Origin: Desulfosudaceae bacterium
GTDB lineage: Bacteria; Desulfobacterota; Desulfobacteria; Desulfobacterales; Desulfosudaceae
Reading direction: 5' to 3'
DNA length: 64,000 bases
Assembly: GCA_963674745.2 (NCBI GenBank)
Contig: CAXXDV010000001.1
Span: 2,304,001 to 2,368,000, forward strand
Below are positions 28,020 to 38,386 of this stretch, piece after piece. The notes under the pieces were generated by a model. It made no database searches and had not been told where the DNA came from. It saw nothing but the letters and a program-made list of their open reading frames with translations. The first letter of the stretch is position 1. Every line of letters starts with the position of its first letter. The translations under genes were made by a program, and so were the position numbers.

Positions 28020-28841
28020 ATGAGTTCAAAAAAAGAACATCAGAAAGAAAATCCAGAACACCAAAGAGAGCCATTTGCCGGAAAAGGACCCGACCGGCAG
28101 AAAATAAGCGATACGGAGGTCCCGCTTCCTCGCGGCTTTCCGGGTTCTGTTTTGTCCGGTATTATGGACTGGGCGCTGGCCGGCTGGTTTGTGGTTGGGC
28201 TGTCCGCGACGCTTCACTCCGGGACCCCTTATGAGCCATTCATGGATTTCTGGCAATGGTGGTTTGCTTATGAATTTTTCTCCTGGCTTGGACTTTTCAC
28301 TGTTACCATGTTCAGTTTCAGGGTCTATAAACAGGCCGAACCGGATTTGGAAAAGAAGGTCTGGCAGGAACCGTCTTATTGGTACGGACTTGGTATCATG
28401 CTGTTGATTCTGCTGGGCCTTCTGGGAAAAGCCTCTTATGACATGTTCGGTGATTTCTGGTTTTTTAAATATTTCCTCATTGTTTATGCGGTACGTCTTG
28501 TTTCTTTTTCCATGAAACCGGCCGATAAAGCAGTTGATAAACTAATCGAGCAGACGCTGATCTTTTTTATCTCGATGATTTCGGCTTTTTTTCTGGGAAT
28601 ACTGGTTCTGGGCGGACTTCTGTCGAAAATATTTGTGGCTGCTGCTCCGCTGACGCCATCCGGATATATTGATTCGGACGGGCATCATCATTTAACCCGT
28701 TGCGTTTATCTGCTTGCTTTCGGGACATGTTACTATTTGATCATGGGAATACTGGCCTATGTTCTTGCAAGGTACCCGCGTTTTACGCTGGCCGGTCTGG
28801 ATAACATGGGGCAGACGCGGAAAAAAACCTTTCGCCAATAG
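28020..28841 (+). CDS. Hypothetical membrane protein
   Basis: About six hydrophobic segments; start uncertain (TTG 28005 or ATG 28020). Confidence 0.7.
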   Translation: MSSKKEHQKENPEHQREPFAGKGPDRQKISDTEVPLPRGFPGSVLSGIMDWALAGWFVVGLSATLHSGTPYEPFMDFWQWWFAYEFFSWLGLFTVTMFSFRVYKQAEPDLEKKVWQEPSYWYGLGIMLLILLGLLGKASYDMFGDFWFFKYFLIVYAVRLVSFSMKPADKAVDKLIEQTLIFFISMISAFFLGILVLGGLLSKIFVAAAPLTPSGYIDSDGHHHLTRCVYLLAFGTCYYLIMGILAYVLARYPRFTLAGLDNMGQTRKKTFRQ

Positions 28842-28886
28842 GGCCGGTTGTTTTTTTAATAACGATTATTTTCAAAGGGAGACCCG

Positions 28887-29291
28887 ATGAAAACCGTATC
28901 CGTGAAAACAAACGCCAGGAAACAGATGCTGGATGTTACCGCTGAGGTGCGAAAGGCGGTCAGTGAAAGCGGCATTGAAGACGGGATGGTCGTGGCTTAC
29001 GTGCCCCACACCACGGCCGGTATTACCATTAATGAGAATGCCGATCCTGATGTCTGCCGGGATATTTTAAGCCACCTGGGCAAGCTGGTACCGGCAGACA
29101 AAAACTTCCGCCATGTCGAGGGTAATTCCGATGCCCATATCCAGGCCAGCCTCATGGGCAGTTCCGTCATGGTTATCGTCGAATCAGGCAAGCTGGTGCT
29201 GGGCACCTGGCAGTCGGTATTTTTTTGTGAGTTTGACGGCCCTCGAACCCGGAAGCTGCATTTTAAGGTGTTGCCCTCCGGTTCCATCTGA
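28887..29291 (+). CDS. yjbQ: YjbQ (UPF0047) family protein
   Basis: HTTAGITINENADPDV, HVEGNSDAHI and LGTWQ..FFCEFDGPR motifs. Confidence 0.93.
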   Translation: MKTVSVKTNARKQMLDVTAEVRKAVSESGIEDGMVVAYVPHTTAGITINENADPDVCRDILSHLGKLVPADKNFRHVEGNSDAHIQASLMGSSVMVIVESGKLVLGTWQSVFFCEFDGPRTRKLHFKVLPSGSI

Positions 29292-29358
29292 TGTTTTGAA
29301 ATTATTATGGTCGATGGCGACAAATCCGTGCTGATCTGCTGTAACATTTCAATAACAG

Positions 29359-29395
29359 GCCTTGGCCCCTCGACCCCTGGACCCCTTGAATCCTT
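29359..29395. repeat. Degenerate octamer tandem repeat (CCCTYGRM type)
   Basis: gccttggc ccctcgac ccctggac cccttgaa tcctt, between convergent genes. Confidence 0.75.
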
Positions 29396-29447
29396 TGGTC
29401 AATTATAGGCGAAAGACCGTCGTCTAATGCGGGTGGTGTAACTTGTG

Positions 29448-32084
29448 TTATATGGCAACATGTTTAACCGGCAGGTCCCCGAACAGTTCCCGGGTTCCGG
29501 GATGACAGGTGAACAGCAGTGCTTGACGATTTTTAGAGAATTCATGCAGGATGGCTGCCGTGCGTTCGGCCCGTTTCGGGTCGAAATTGACCAGGACGTC
29601 GTCCAGCACCAGGGGAAGTGCTTCCGTCTTTTTTTCATACTCCTCGATAAAGCCCAACCGGATGCTGATCAGCAGCTGTTCCCGGGTGCCCCGGCTCAAC
29701 TGGTCGATCCGCCATGCCCGCTCATTCCGGTCAAAAACCAGCAACCGGGCGTCTTCCAGTGAAACCTGTATCCGCTGGTACCGGTCACCGGTGATTTGCC
29801 TGAAAATCCGGCTCGAGTTTCGGATGACCGACGGCTGCTTTTTCTGCTCATACTGGCTTTTGACCTGCTGCAGGACATGGCGGGCCAGACCGGCCGCCAG
29901 CCACTCGCTGCGGCAGCGCTCCAGTTTTTCCCGGCAGGCCGCCAGTTGCGTCATGAGCTCAGCCAGATCGGATGTGTCCCGGAGCTGTTGACGCAGGGTT
30001 TCGTCGGCACTGATTTTTCTGTTCAGCTCATCACGCTCCCGGCTTAACGCCAGCAGTCCCGATGCCACTTCGTCCAGCTCTTTTTCGATCTTCGGTTTTT
30101 CCGTGACGGTAAGGTAGGCCATGACCTCTTCGGCGGCATGAACACCGGCAATCTGCTCGATGGTCCGTATGGCCTGCCGCCGCTGTTCCCGCAACAAGCC
30201 GATCCTGTCATTGAACATATATTTTTGCTTGAAATCATCCCGGTCATCAGCCTGGATGGATGACTGCAGGCGGTTGATATTTTCTGTTATATCGACGATC
30301 GCCTGTTCGATTTTTTTCCGGGCCGTTCGCTTTTGCGCCAGCTCATTTTTGATTTGAAGCGTTTTGTTTTTCAGGGTGATAGACGCTTTGTATTCCCTTA
30401 GTATACTGGCGGCCAGAAGGGCTTTGTCGGTGTCAGTGTCCCCTTGGGTCAAGACCCGGCTCAGGTCGTTCAGTTCGGCTTCAAAAGATTGGATAAAGGC
30501 CTCTTTTTCCAGCATCCGGTTCAGACGCCTGTTCCGATCGACAATATCCAGTCGTATCTGTTCGATAAGCGTCAACGACGCCAGGGCGGCTTCCGGAGAC
30601 AGCTCCGGGGGCAAGCCAAGTTCCTCTTCGATAAAGCGGCGGAATTCATTTTCGGCCATGGCTTTTTCCGCTTCCATCCAGCCGGCTGCCTGAAGGGCTT
30701 CCTTCAATGGATCGTCCATTGTCACCAGCTTTCGGCCGGACAGCAGGATAAAAGCCATGAGCAGTAAAACGGTTCCCCAGAGGTATTCTTGAAACATGAA
30801 CAAGGGTGTCGCACCGGCCAGCAGGGCCAGGCCTGTCAGAACAAAGGCGTTACGTCCGTTAATCATCGAGCGCCGGGCTTTCAGTATGCCGATCCGGTCT
30901 TCCAGCCGATCCTGATTTTTCTGCAGTGTCTCAAGCCGACTGATAAACGCTTTGATGTGATCCCGGTGGGAAATCATGCCGGAAAACGCCAGGACAGACG
31001 CTTCCGACCAATCCGCATTTATCCCGGCGATTCGCCGGCGGATTGACTGATTCAATTCCTCGAGCGCCAGCCGGTCCTGCCGGCACTCTTCCGCCCAGGT
31101 CTTGTATTTTTCCAGGTTGAACGAGAGGCTTTCAATCTGCTGGGCGCGTGCCAGGAGCGCTTCATTATAATCTTCGGCCCGGTTTGATTCGGTGGCTGAC
31201 AGGGTATCCTGAAGATCGGTCAGTTCCCGGTTCAATCGGGCTTCTTCGGTTTCCAACCGTTCCAGGCGAGACATTCCGTCCGGCGGATAATCCTGCCATT
31301 CCGGCAGGGCCGACAACTCCCGGTCAATGCCTCTGATAATGACAAAGCTTTCATAACATTTCTCATAACAGCTGAGACGATCATGCAGTGCCTTACGTTC
31401 GGCAAAAACGGATTCCAGGTCGCTTAAGGCCTTCTCATGCCGCTTGATGTCCAGTGACAGCTGACGGTACCGTGGCAAGTGTGACTGGACGGCCGCTGTC
31501 TGCTGTTCATAAGCTTCGATTTCATGTAACAGCAGAATGGCCTCCTGTTTTTTACCGTGGGGTTTATAAATGTTTTCCCTTCGGGAAACAAGGGCCTGAT
31601 CGACCTGGTTGATGGAGATGTTTTTCAGGCCCAGGCCGACACTGAATATTTTATCTTCAACCCCGGAACGGCTTAACGATTCCAGGCCCACCAGTTCATC
31701 CAGAGAGAAAGCGTAAACATTCTCAAACAGCCGGCCGGAGGCATGCCCCAGTACCTGGCGCCAGTCATCAGTGCTGTCGCTGAAAGCATCGGCCGTATGG
31801 AGCCGGATATCTCCGGGATAACCGGCGGATCGTTCCAGGACGATTTCGGATCTATCTGTTTTCAGTGCTTTGATACGACCGCCGTGGTTACCCCCGTAAA
31901 CCGGCGGCAAACGTTGTTCCAGGGAACGCGGATACCCGAACAGTGTAAAACGGATAAACTGAAGCAGCGTGGACTTGCCGGATTCATTGCCACCGGAAAT
32001 GATGTTTATACCCGGTTGCAGATCAGCGAGCGTGTAGTCGGTGAAGATGCCGAAGCCGTCAATATGTATTTGTGTCAGACGCAT
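29448..32084 (-). CDS. YhaN-like SMC/Rad50-type ATPase
   Basis: I.GFG, GGNESGKSTL Walker A, long coiled coil with a hydrophobic hairpin, LSRGTREQL signature, LDDVLVNFD, FTCH. Confidence 0.9.
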   Translation of the reverse strand: MRLTQIHIDGFGIFTDYTLADLQPGINIISGGNESGKSTLLQFIRFTLFGYPRSLEQRLPPVYGGNHGGRIKALKTDRSEIVLERSAGYPGDIRLHTADAFSDSTDDWRQVLGHASGRLFENVYAFSLDELVGLESLSRSGVEDKIFSVGLGLKNISINQVDQALVSRRENIYKPHGKKQEAILLLHEIEAYEQQTAAVQSHLPRYRQLSLDIKRHEKALSDLESVFAERKALHDRLSCYEKCYESFVIIRGIDRELSALPEWQDYPPDGMSRLERLETEEARLNRELTDLQDTLSATESNRAEDYNEALLARAQQIESLSFNLEKYKTWAEECRQDRLALEELNQSIRRRIAGINADWSEASVLAFSGMISHRDHIKAFISRLETLQKNQDRLEDRIGILKARRSMINGRNAFVLTGLALLAGATPLFMFQEYLWGTVLLLMAFILLSGRKLVTMDDPLKEALQAAGWMEAEKAMAENEFRRFIEEELGLPPELSPEAALASLTLIEQIRLDIVDRNRRLNRMLEKEAFIQSFEAELNDLSRVLTQGDTDTDKALLAASILREYKASITLKNKTLQIKNELAQKRTARKKIEQAIVDITENINRLQSSIQADDRDDFKQKYMFNDRIGLLREQRRQAIRTIEQIAGVHAAEEVMAYLTVTEKPKIEKELDEVASGLLALSRERDELNRKISADETLRQQLRDTSDLAELMTQLAACREKLERCRSEWLAAGLARHVLQQVKSQYEQKKQPSVIRNSSRIFRQITGDRYQRIQVSLEDARLLVFDRNERAWRIDQLSRGTREQLLISIRLGFIEEYEKKTEALPLVLDDVLVNFDPKRAERTAAILHEFSKNRQALLFTCHPGTRELFGDLPVKHVAI

Positions 32085-32089
32085 AGTCG

Positions 32090-33346
32090 TTATTTGAAAA
32101 AAAGATCAATCAATCTGCGCCGGGCCAGGGCTGTAATCTGCCGGCAATCATCATCATTTAATGGACGCGTTTCTTTCCGGATGGCATGGGTCGCGAATTC
32201 TTCAGCCATGGACCGGATCAGCTCGGCCGAACTTTCCGGATTTTCGTAATACGCATTAATCCCTTTGAGAATATCCGCCGGGAAATCATTGCCTCCGGCG
32301 ATGCTGTCCAGATCAATATCCGGAAGGGTTTGGGATTCAATCCGATCGATATGGAAAAAAGAGCCTAAAGAGAGAGATTCGTTCAACCACTGCGCCAGAT
32401 CTTTCAACGCTTCTTCGCTGGTTAAATGGGAATGTAGTGACGTTCGTCCCGTTAAAACAAGTCGCACGATGCAGCCCGTCTGTTCCGGACCGGAAGTGCT
32501 GTTGAAACCGGCTGACGCGATCATTTCCGGGATCCGATCCAGGGTGTCGACGCCGGTCAGGTCAACGGGTATTCTTTCGAACCGGACCGTACAGGTGGGA
32601 ATAAACGTTATGTCCGGTTTCTGATCGGGGGCCAGGACGACCCGGCAGCAGCCCTTGAGACCGGTTTCGCCGAAGTCCCTTCCCTGAGGGTTGCCGGGAT
32701 AAACAACAGCCGGGTCGGCGTCTCGAACCACCCGCTGGTTATGAATATGGCCCAGGGCCCAGTAATCAAAGCCTTTTTCCATGATATCATCTGCGGTAAA
32801 AGGACCGTAAGGAAGGTGCGGCCCGGCCGGACCGATGGTACCATGGAGCAGACCGATGGAAAAACGGGCCGGCAGGTCTTTTCGTTGAAACAGGGCCGTG
32901 GGGTTGTCGTTTCCGGAACGGCTGTCAAAACTGATACCGTGAATATCCACCAGGGGGTCTCCGTTTTTGGTGAAAGTTATCGTTTTCGGTTGCGAGCAAG
33001 GAAAACAATGGACATTGTCCGGTAATGCCAGTTCTTTCATCCAGGTCTCCTCGGGGTCATGGTTGCCGAACACCATGTAGACCGGAATCTGCGCCTGTGC
33101 CAGGCGCTGCAGTTCGTCGGCAAACCCCAGTTGTGCGGACAGGCTGCGTGATTCGCCGTCAAACGTATCACCGGCGATCAGCAGAAAATCGACCGGTTCC
33201 CGGAGGCAGCAATCCACGATTTGTCGGAAGGCCTGGAAAGTCGACTTTTTAAGGCGTTTGGCCAGGGTACTGTCGACTTCGGTCAGCCCTTTGAAAGGTG
33301 TGTCCAGATGGATGTCCGCCGTATGGATGAAGGTGACTTTCGGCAT
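32090..33346 (-). CDS. YhaO-like Mre11/SbcD metallophosphoesterase nuclease
   Basis: HTADIHLD, AGD.FD, GNHD, YWALGHIH and YPGNPQGR motifs. Confidence 0.92.
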   Translation of the reverse strand: MPKVTFIHTADIHLDTPFKGLTEVDSTLAKRLKKSTFQAFRQIVDCCLREPVDFLLIAGDTFDGESRSLSAQLGFADELQRLAQAQIPVYMVFGNHDPEETWMKELALPDNVHCFPCSQPKTITFTKNGDPLVDIHGISFDSRSGNDNPTALFQRKDLPARFSIGLLHGTIGPAGPHLPYGPFTADDIMEKGFDYWALGHIHNQRVVRDADPAVVYPGNPQGRDFGETGLKGCCRVVLAPDQKPDITFIPTCTVRFERIPVDLTGVDTLDRIPEMIASAGFNSTSGPEQTGCIVRLVLTGRTSLHSHLTSEEALKDLAQWLNESLSLGSFFHIDRIESQTLPDIDLDSIAGGNDFPADILKGINAYYENPESSAELIRSMAEEFATHAIRKETRPLNDDDCRQITALARRRLIDLFFK

Positions 33347-33454
33347 AAACCCGGGCCTTTGCCTGATGGTTGTCCGGCTCAATTTTACCGGTTATGTGTC
33401 AGCATAGGGAAAAAAACGGGGAAGGTCAATGGCCGCAGGTTCAAGGTTCGGGGT

Positions 33455-34057
33455 TCATTCCTGAGGTCCTTCCAGCTTTAAGACATATGCCAGCCAGTCG
33501 TCTTTTGAATTTACGGCTGACTGGCTGCATGAGAAGTCCAGGACGGTCAGGCCAAGGTCCTGCCAGATACGCTCAAGCCGCTCTGTTTCCCAGAGATAAA
33601 AAACACGTCCGAATTGATCAGACGTTGTTTTTTGTCCCTGTTTAAGCGAGATGTAGGCAACACCGGAGCAAGCCAACGCCATCAGCATCCGCTTTAACAG
33701 GCCGGTCAGTCGTTCGTGAGGAACATGCACCAGTGAGCCGCAGGCCATGATGGCATTAACGCCAAAAACGGAAAAATCCAGGGTTTCAAAATCCCCGACA
33801 ATTACCTCGCATCCGGAATGGGCTCTGGCCAGTTGCGCCAGGCCCGGCGCCCGCTCAACACCCGTGGCCGTAAAACCGCGGTCCTTCAGCCACAGGAGGT
33901 CGCGGCCTGATCCACAGCCGATGTCTAAAACGGAGGCGCCTTTTCCCAGGTGACGAATAAACGGCGTCAGAAAAAGAGCGGGATCGACGGAAACCGTCCG
34001 TTTAAAATAATCCCGGTAACGGCTCTGGTAGAAGTCGGTTACACGCGCTTTTGACAT
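33455..34057 (-). CDS. Class I SAM-dependent methyltransferase
   Basis: VLDIGCGSGRD and A.GSLVHVP motifs. Confidence 0.9.
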   Translation of the reverse strand: MSKARVTDFYQSRYRDYFKRTVSVDPALFLTPFIRHLGKGASVLDIGCGSGRDLLWLKDRGFTATGVERAPGLAQLARAHSGCEVIVGDFETLDFSVFGVNAIMACGSLVHVPHERLTGLLKRMLMALACSGVAYISLKQGQKTTSDQFGRVFYLWETERLERIWQDLGLTVLDFSCSQSAVNSKDDWLAYVLKLEGPQE

Positions 34058-34089
34058 AATGTCTTCCTGTCGGCCATAAGGATGAATAA

Positions 34090-34512
34090 TTATTCTATCC
34101 GGGTGATTTTTTTGCGGTTGCGTTTTAAACGACTGCGATGTGTTTTTGTTTCCCTGAGACGCTTTCGGGAACCCGCGGTGGGCTTGGTCTTTCGCCGGGT
34201 TCTGGGTTTTTGAGCGGCCTTCTGAATCATTATCGCCAGGCGCAAGACGGCATCCTGACGGTTTCTGGACTGCTCCCGGAACTGCCGGGCATCGATAATC
34301 AGAACCCCCTCATCATTCATCCGTTTGCCGGCCAGTTTTGTCAACCGCTTGCGGACGCTTTCCGGCAAAGACGGCGACCGGCGGACGTCAAAGCGGAGCT
34401 GAACCGCCGAGGATACTTTATTGACGTTTTGCCCGCCCGGACCCGAGGCGCGAATAAACTTGAATGCCAATTCATTTTCGGGAATGGCGATCTGGTCGGT
34501 AACATGAATCAT
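34090..34512 (-). CDS. arfB: Alternative ribosome rescue peptidyl-tRNA hydrolase
   Basis: RASGPGGQNVNKVSS (GGQ motif), R.Q..NR..A, basic C-terminal tail. Confidence 0.96.
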   Translation of the reverse strand: MIHVTDQIAIPENELAFKFIRASGPGGQNVNKVSSAVQLRFDVRRSPSLPESVRKRLTKLAGKRMNDEGVLIIDARQFREQSRNRQDAVLRLAIMIQKAAQKPRTRRKTKPTAGSRKRLRETKTHRSRLKRNRKKITRIE

Positions 34513-34643
34513 TAATTTATCAAAATAAATGACTTTTATTAAACCGTCAAATCGAATGAAATAAAGATTGACATGTAAATACCCCCTCCATAATACTGAT
34601 CACACAGAATCGTAACCAAGATAACCCAATTCCATGAGAGCCC

Positions 34644-36599
34644 ATGTCTGACAATGACGTTGAAAATACTGGCGAAGTGACCGTAAAAAGCCTTATCCGG
34701 TATTTTATGAAGCTGTATAAGGTACAACTGGGTGTCCCCAGAGACACGAATTCGAGAATCGCCTATGTAGAGCCCAGCCGGCAGTATCCCAAACTGATTA
34801 CCTACGATTTGTTCGTGGAGCAAAAAGGTGAAATGATATCCCGCCGGGTAACCGTCGGTCCCATTGCCGAAGATACCGGCAGCAAAAGCAGTTGTTTTTT
34901 AGCTATTTACGACAGCAAAATTGTTATTAAAATTCCGCCCACGCCGATCAGAGATTTTGATGAGTATATCAGTTGTATTGAGCGGGACAGACAAATCGTT
35001 GCTACCCTCGCCCCCCGGGAATGCCTGATCCCCGGCGTTTCCATGATTCTGGACAAAATTTATAAATTTCCGAGGATTAATAAATTACGGGGGAATGAGC
35101 GGGAGGACGCTTATTTTGAATGGTTGAACTTTAACCAGGAATACCAGTCGTACCTCAAGATAGAAGACAGTTTCGCTTTTTTCATGGATCTTTCCAAGCA
35201 TATGTTTCTATCGGATATTCTGTCCCTTTTTCACGGCCTGGAAACAAAAGTCCCGGAGGAGATCACCCGTGATCCCTCTATTCTGGAAAGCTTTGAAAAA
35301 TTTGAAGGTCGTTACGGCGTTGAAAATATCCATATCGGTGTAGACCTGAAAGAAGTTTATAAGAAATACGAAGGCCAGGCCTGCAGCCAGATGGCGAAAA
35401 CCAGTGCCGGTTCGTCCGATATGCTGTATAAACTTCAACAGTGGTTTTTCAGTTATATCAGCCGTCAGTCCTTGAAAAAAGAAGACAATGATATGGCTGA
35501 AACATATATACCCGGATTTAATGATTTAATGGCCAAAATCGTTGAAGAGAACAAAGATGTTCTGGAGCAGTACCGGTCCATGATTGTTCATTCCCTGAGG
35601 GTCAAACACTCTTTTCAGAACCGGCGTTTTAAAGAGGGGGTTGTGGCCAATATTCTTGAGATGCTGGCCGGTGTCAGGGGAAAAAACGTCGCCATCAGGG
35701 ACATCAAGCCTGATAATTTACTTATAACCGGAGATATGGACAATTATCCGGCCTTTCTGACCACGCCGGAACGGTTTTCCATCGGTTTGATAGATTTTGA
35801 AACATCCATCGTCTTTGATCCGGAAAACCAGCAGGAGATGGAACAGCCTTTTCTCGGGGGGACGTCATGGTATGCCACGCCGTTGAATATGTACAACAAT
35901 AAGGTCCTGCGGCTGTTTTATAAAGATATGCCCCGCTCGTATTATCTTCAGGACTGGTATTCGGTGGTGGCCATGATTTACCGGATAATTATCGGAGAGC
36001 ACCTGTTCCCAAAGACATCCAAGCTTTTTAAGGTGGCGGCTGGAAAGCTTCGGGAAGCCAAAAAGACCGGCCGGCCGGCGGAAGTCGTCGTAACTGAGAT
36101 AAACGATATATTCTGGAAAAACGCGGTCCGGGAATTTGAAGCCAACCTGGCAAAAAAGAAGGATGCCCTGCGGTTTTTACAGGCCATTTTGTGTGATTCC
36201 GCGCGTGACATGTTTTTAGAAGAGCTGGCGGCGGAAAATCATTCCAAAGATAAAGAGATCAAGCACCTGATCAATCAACAGACCCTGTTCAAGAGCCAGG
36301 GAAACAGGGAGCAGCTCTATATCGTTTCATCTGAACAGCTCGGCCATTTGATCAAAAAAGCCCAGGACAGCTCGGGCGGAGCTGCGGCTCAGTCTCTGGT
36401 AAAACCACTGGCCCAGCTCAAGACGATTCAGCAACTAAAAATGGACCTGGCGAGAAATCATGAGATTATGCATCGTCTTGAAATCGGCGGCTTTGATTTT
36501 ACCGTCTATGAGGTGCTGAAGATCATGTTTTACCGGGTTGTTTCTTTTATGAATATCAGGCCCCTGGATGAGGTGAAAAATTATGAGCCCGGCCAGTGA
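34644..36599 (+). CDS. Atypical protein kinase-fold protein
   Basis: GSKS.CF loop, IVIKIPP, IRDIKPDNLL, IDFE, GGT..YATP, QDWYS; large helical insertions. Confidence 0.75.
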   Translation: MSDNDVENTGEVTVKSLIRYFMKLYKVQLGVPRDTNSRIAYVEPSRQYPKLITYDLFVEQKGEMISRRVTVGPIAEDTGSKSSCFLAIYDSKIVIKIPPTPIRDFDEYISCIERDRQIVATLAPRECLIPGVSMILDKIYKFPRINKLRGNEREDAYFEWLNFNQEYQSYLKIEDSFAFFMDLSKHMFLSDILSLFHGLETKVPEEITRDPSILESFEKFEGRYGVENIHIGVDLKEVYKKYEGQACSQMAKTSAGSSDMLYKLQQWFFSYISRQSLKKEDNDMAETYIPGFNDLMAKIVEENKDVLEQYRSMIVHSLRVKHSFQNRRFKEGVVANILEMLAGVRGKNVAIRDIKPDNLLITGDMDNYPAFLTTPERFSIGLIDFETSIVFDPENQQEMEQPFLGGTSWYATPLNMYNNKVLRLFYKDMPRSYYLQDWYSVVAMIYRIIIGEHLFPKTSKLFKVAAGKLREAKKTGRPAEVVVTEINDIFWKNAVREFEANLAKKKDALRFLQAILCDSARDMFLEELAAENHSKDKEIKHLINQQTLFKSQGNREQLYIVSSEQLGHLIKKAQDSSGGAAAQSLVKPLAQLKTIQQLKMDLARNHEIMHRLEIGGFDFTVYEVLKIMFYRVVSFMNIRPLDEVKNYEPGQ

Positions 36600-37215
36600 A
36601 CAGGCGCTCTCCATTCTGCGCGATCCCGGAAATATGCAGTGGTATGTAGTGCCGTTGCTGATTTTTGTCATTTACGCCTACGTGTCAGAGATTGAGCGAA
36701 AAAACTGGCCTGCGGTGGCGCTGGGCATCGCCTTCTGGGCCGGCGAATTTATCTGGGAAATGTTCAATGCCCTGGTATTGAAAATGAACGGCTGGGCACC
36801 CATGTGGATAACACCCGGCGGCAATTCCGCTTATGTGATTTATGTCGGCCTGAATATCGAAATCGCCTTCTTTTTTGCCGTGGCTGCCCTGCTGGTTCTC
36901 AAGGCCCTGCCGGCAGATCGTTCATTGAAAATTTTTGGTCTCCCCAACCGTCTGGTCATTCCGGTTTTGATGGGCCTGGCATCTGTGTTCGTGGAGGTGT
37001 TGTTAAACCGCGCCGGGTTGCTGGTATGGGATAATGTATGGTGGCAATGGCCGCACCTCTGGTTGATTGTGGTCGCCTATTGCCTGCCCTTTCTGGCCGT
37101 AACCTGGTGCCATGATCATCTGACACTGAAAACCAAGACCGTGGCCGCCGTCATCCTGCCTGTTCTGGCCGTGGTTTGTCACCTGATCTTTGCCACCTGG
37201 CTGAACTGGATTTGA
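36583..37215 (+). CDS. Hypothetical integral membrane protein
   Basis: About seven TM segments; overlaps the upstream kinase stop by 17 nt. Confidence 0.8.
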   Translation: MSPASEQALSILRDPGNMQWYVVPLLIFVIYAYVSEIERKNWPAVALGIAFWAGEFIWEMFNALVLKMNGWAPMWITPGGNSAYVIYVGLNIEIAFFFAVAALLVLKALPADRSLKIFGLPNRLVIPVLMGLASVFVEVLLNRAGLLVWDNVWWQWPHLWLIVVAYCLPFLAVTWCHDHLTLKTKTVAAVILPVLAVVCHLIFATWLNWI

Positions 37216-37219
37216 TATC

Positions 37220-38197
37220 CTAGAACATGCCTGCCATTTCGGGGACCAGGTTTTCAGGAACCCTGCCTTCGAGGGCGGCAATTACGTTTCGGGCCGCCAT
37301 AACGGCCATGGCGGAGCGGGTTTCCACGGTGGCCGAACCGATGTGCGGCAGCAGGACGACATTGTCCATGGCCATCAGCTCTTCGGTGACAGCCGGTTCG
37401 CGCTCGTATACATCAAGACCGGCGCCTTTGAGCCGACCGGAGGCAAGCGCTTCGGTCAGGGCGGTTTCATCGATCAGCTCTCCCCGGGCCGTGTTGATCA
37501 GGTACGTGCCGGTTTTCATCCTCTCAAATACCGATCGGTTAAAAAGGTAACGGGTCTCTTCGGTTAGCGGCGCATGGATGGAGATGACATCGGCCCGGGT
37601 CAGCAGTTCGTCAAAAGAACAGTAAACAGCCGACAGATGGTTTTCAGTTTTTTCGTCCAGCCGGCGGCGGTTGTGGTAAATGACGGACATGCCGAAGGCG
37701 CGGCATTTTTCCGCCAGGCTTTGACCGATTCTGCCCATGCCGACAATGCCCATGGTTTTGCCGGCCAGCTCGTCTCCGAGAAACAGCAGCGGGTCCCAGC
37801 CGATAAAACGTCCCTGCCGGGTGTACCGGTCGGAGGTCATGATACGGCGGGTCAGCGTGATCATCAGGGCAAAGGCCAGTTCGGCGGTGGCGTTGGTCAG
37901 CACCCCGGGTGTGTTGGTTACCATGACGCCTTTTTCCTGTGCCGCCCTGATGTCGATATTGTTATACCCCACAGCGTAATTCGCGATAATCTTCAATTGG
38001 TTTACCTGATCAAGCAATGCCTGGTCGATGCGGTCGGACAACAGGCAGACCAGGGCATCGGCTTTGCCGGCGCCCTGTATCAAGTCCTTTCGTTCAATCG
38101 GTGCCGGCTGTTGTGATACGGACACATGGAAACGGTCCCGGAGCAGGTTTAAGCCCGCTTCGGGGATGACGCGCGTAACAAAAACGGATTTTTTCAT
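37220..38197 (-). CDS. D-2-hydroxyacid dehydrogenase (glyoxylate reductase / D-glycerate dehydrogenase type)
   Basis: AVGYNNID, NTPGVLT.ATAE, GIVGMGRIG, INTARG, GLDVYE.EP and PHIGSAT motifs. Confidence 0.95.
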   Translation of the reverse strand: MKKSVFVTRVIPEAGLNLLRDRFHVSVSQQPAPIERKDLIQGAGKADALVCLLSDRIDQALLDQVNQLKIIANYAVGYNNIDIRAAQEKGVMVTNTPGVLTNATAELAFALMITLTRRIMTSDRYTRQGRFIGWDPLLFLGDELAGKTMGIVGMGRIGQSLAEKCRAFGMSVIYHNRRRLDEKTENHLSAVYCSFDELLTRADVISIHAPLTEETRYLFNRSVFERMKTGTYLINTARGELIDETALTEALASGRLKGAGLDVYEREPAVTEELMAMDNVVLLPHIGSATVETRSAMAVMAARNVIAALEGRVPENLVPEMAGMF

Positions 38198-38386
38198 AAC
38201 GACACACGATGATTTTTAGTTCTGGTTAACCCCCGGCAACCATCCTGAGTGGTTTGCCCCGCTGCTTGCAACCACACGCTTTTATGTGTTACAAGTTGTC
38301 ATCGCGAAATTCGGCCGTTTTTATTAACTGGCTGATTTGTCAGACGATAAAGCCAAAACAGCAGATAACGGCCGGGCCATGACGGG

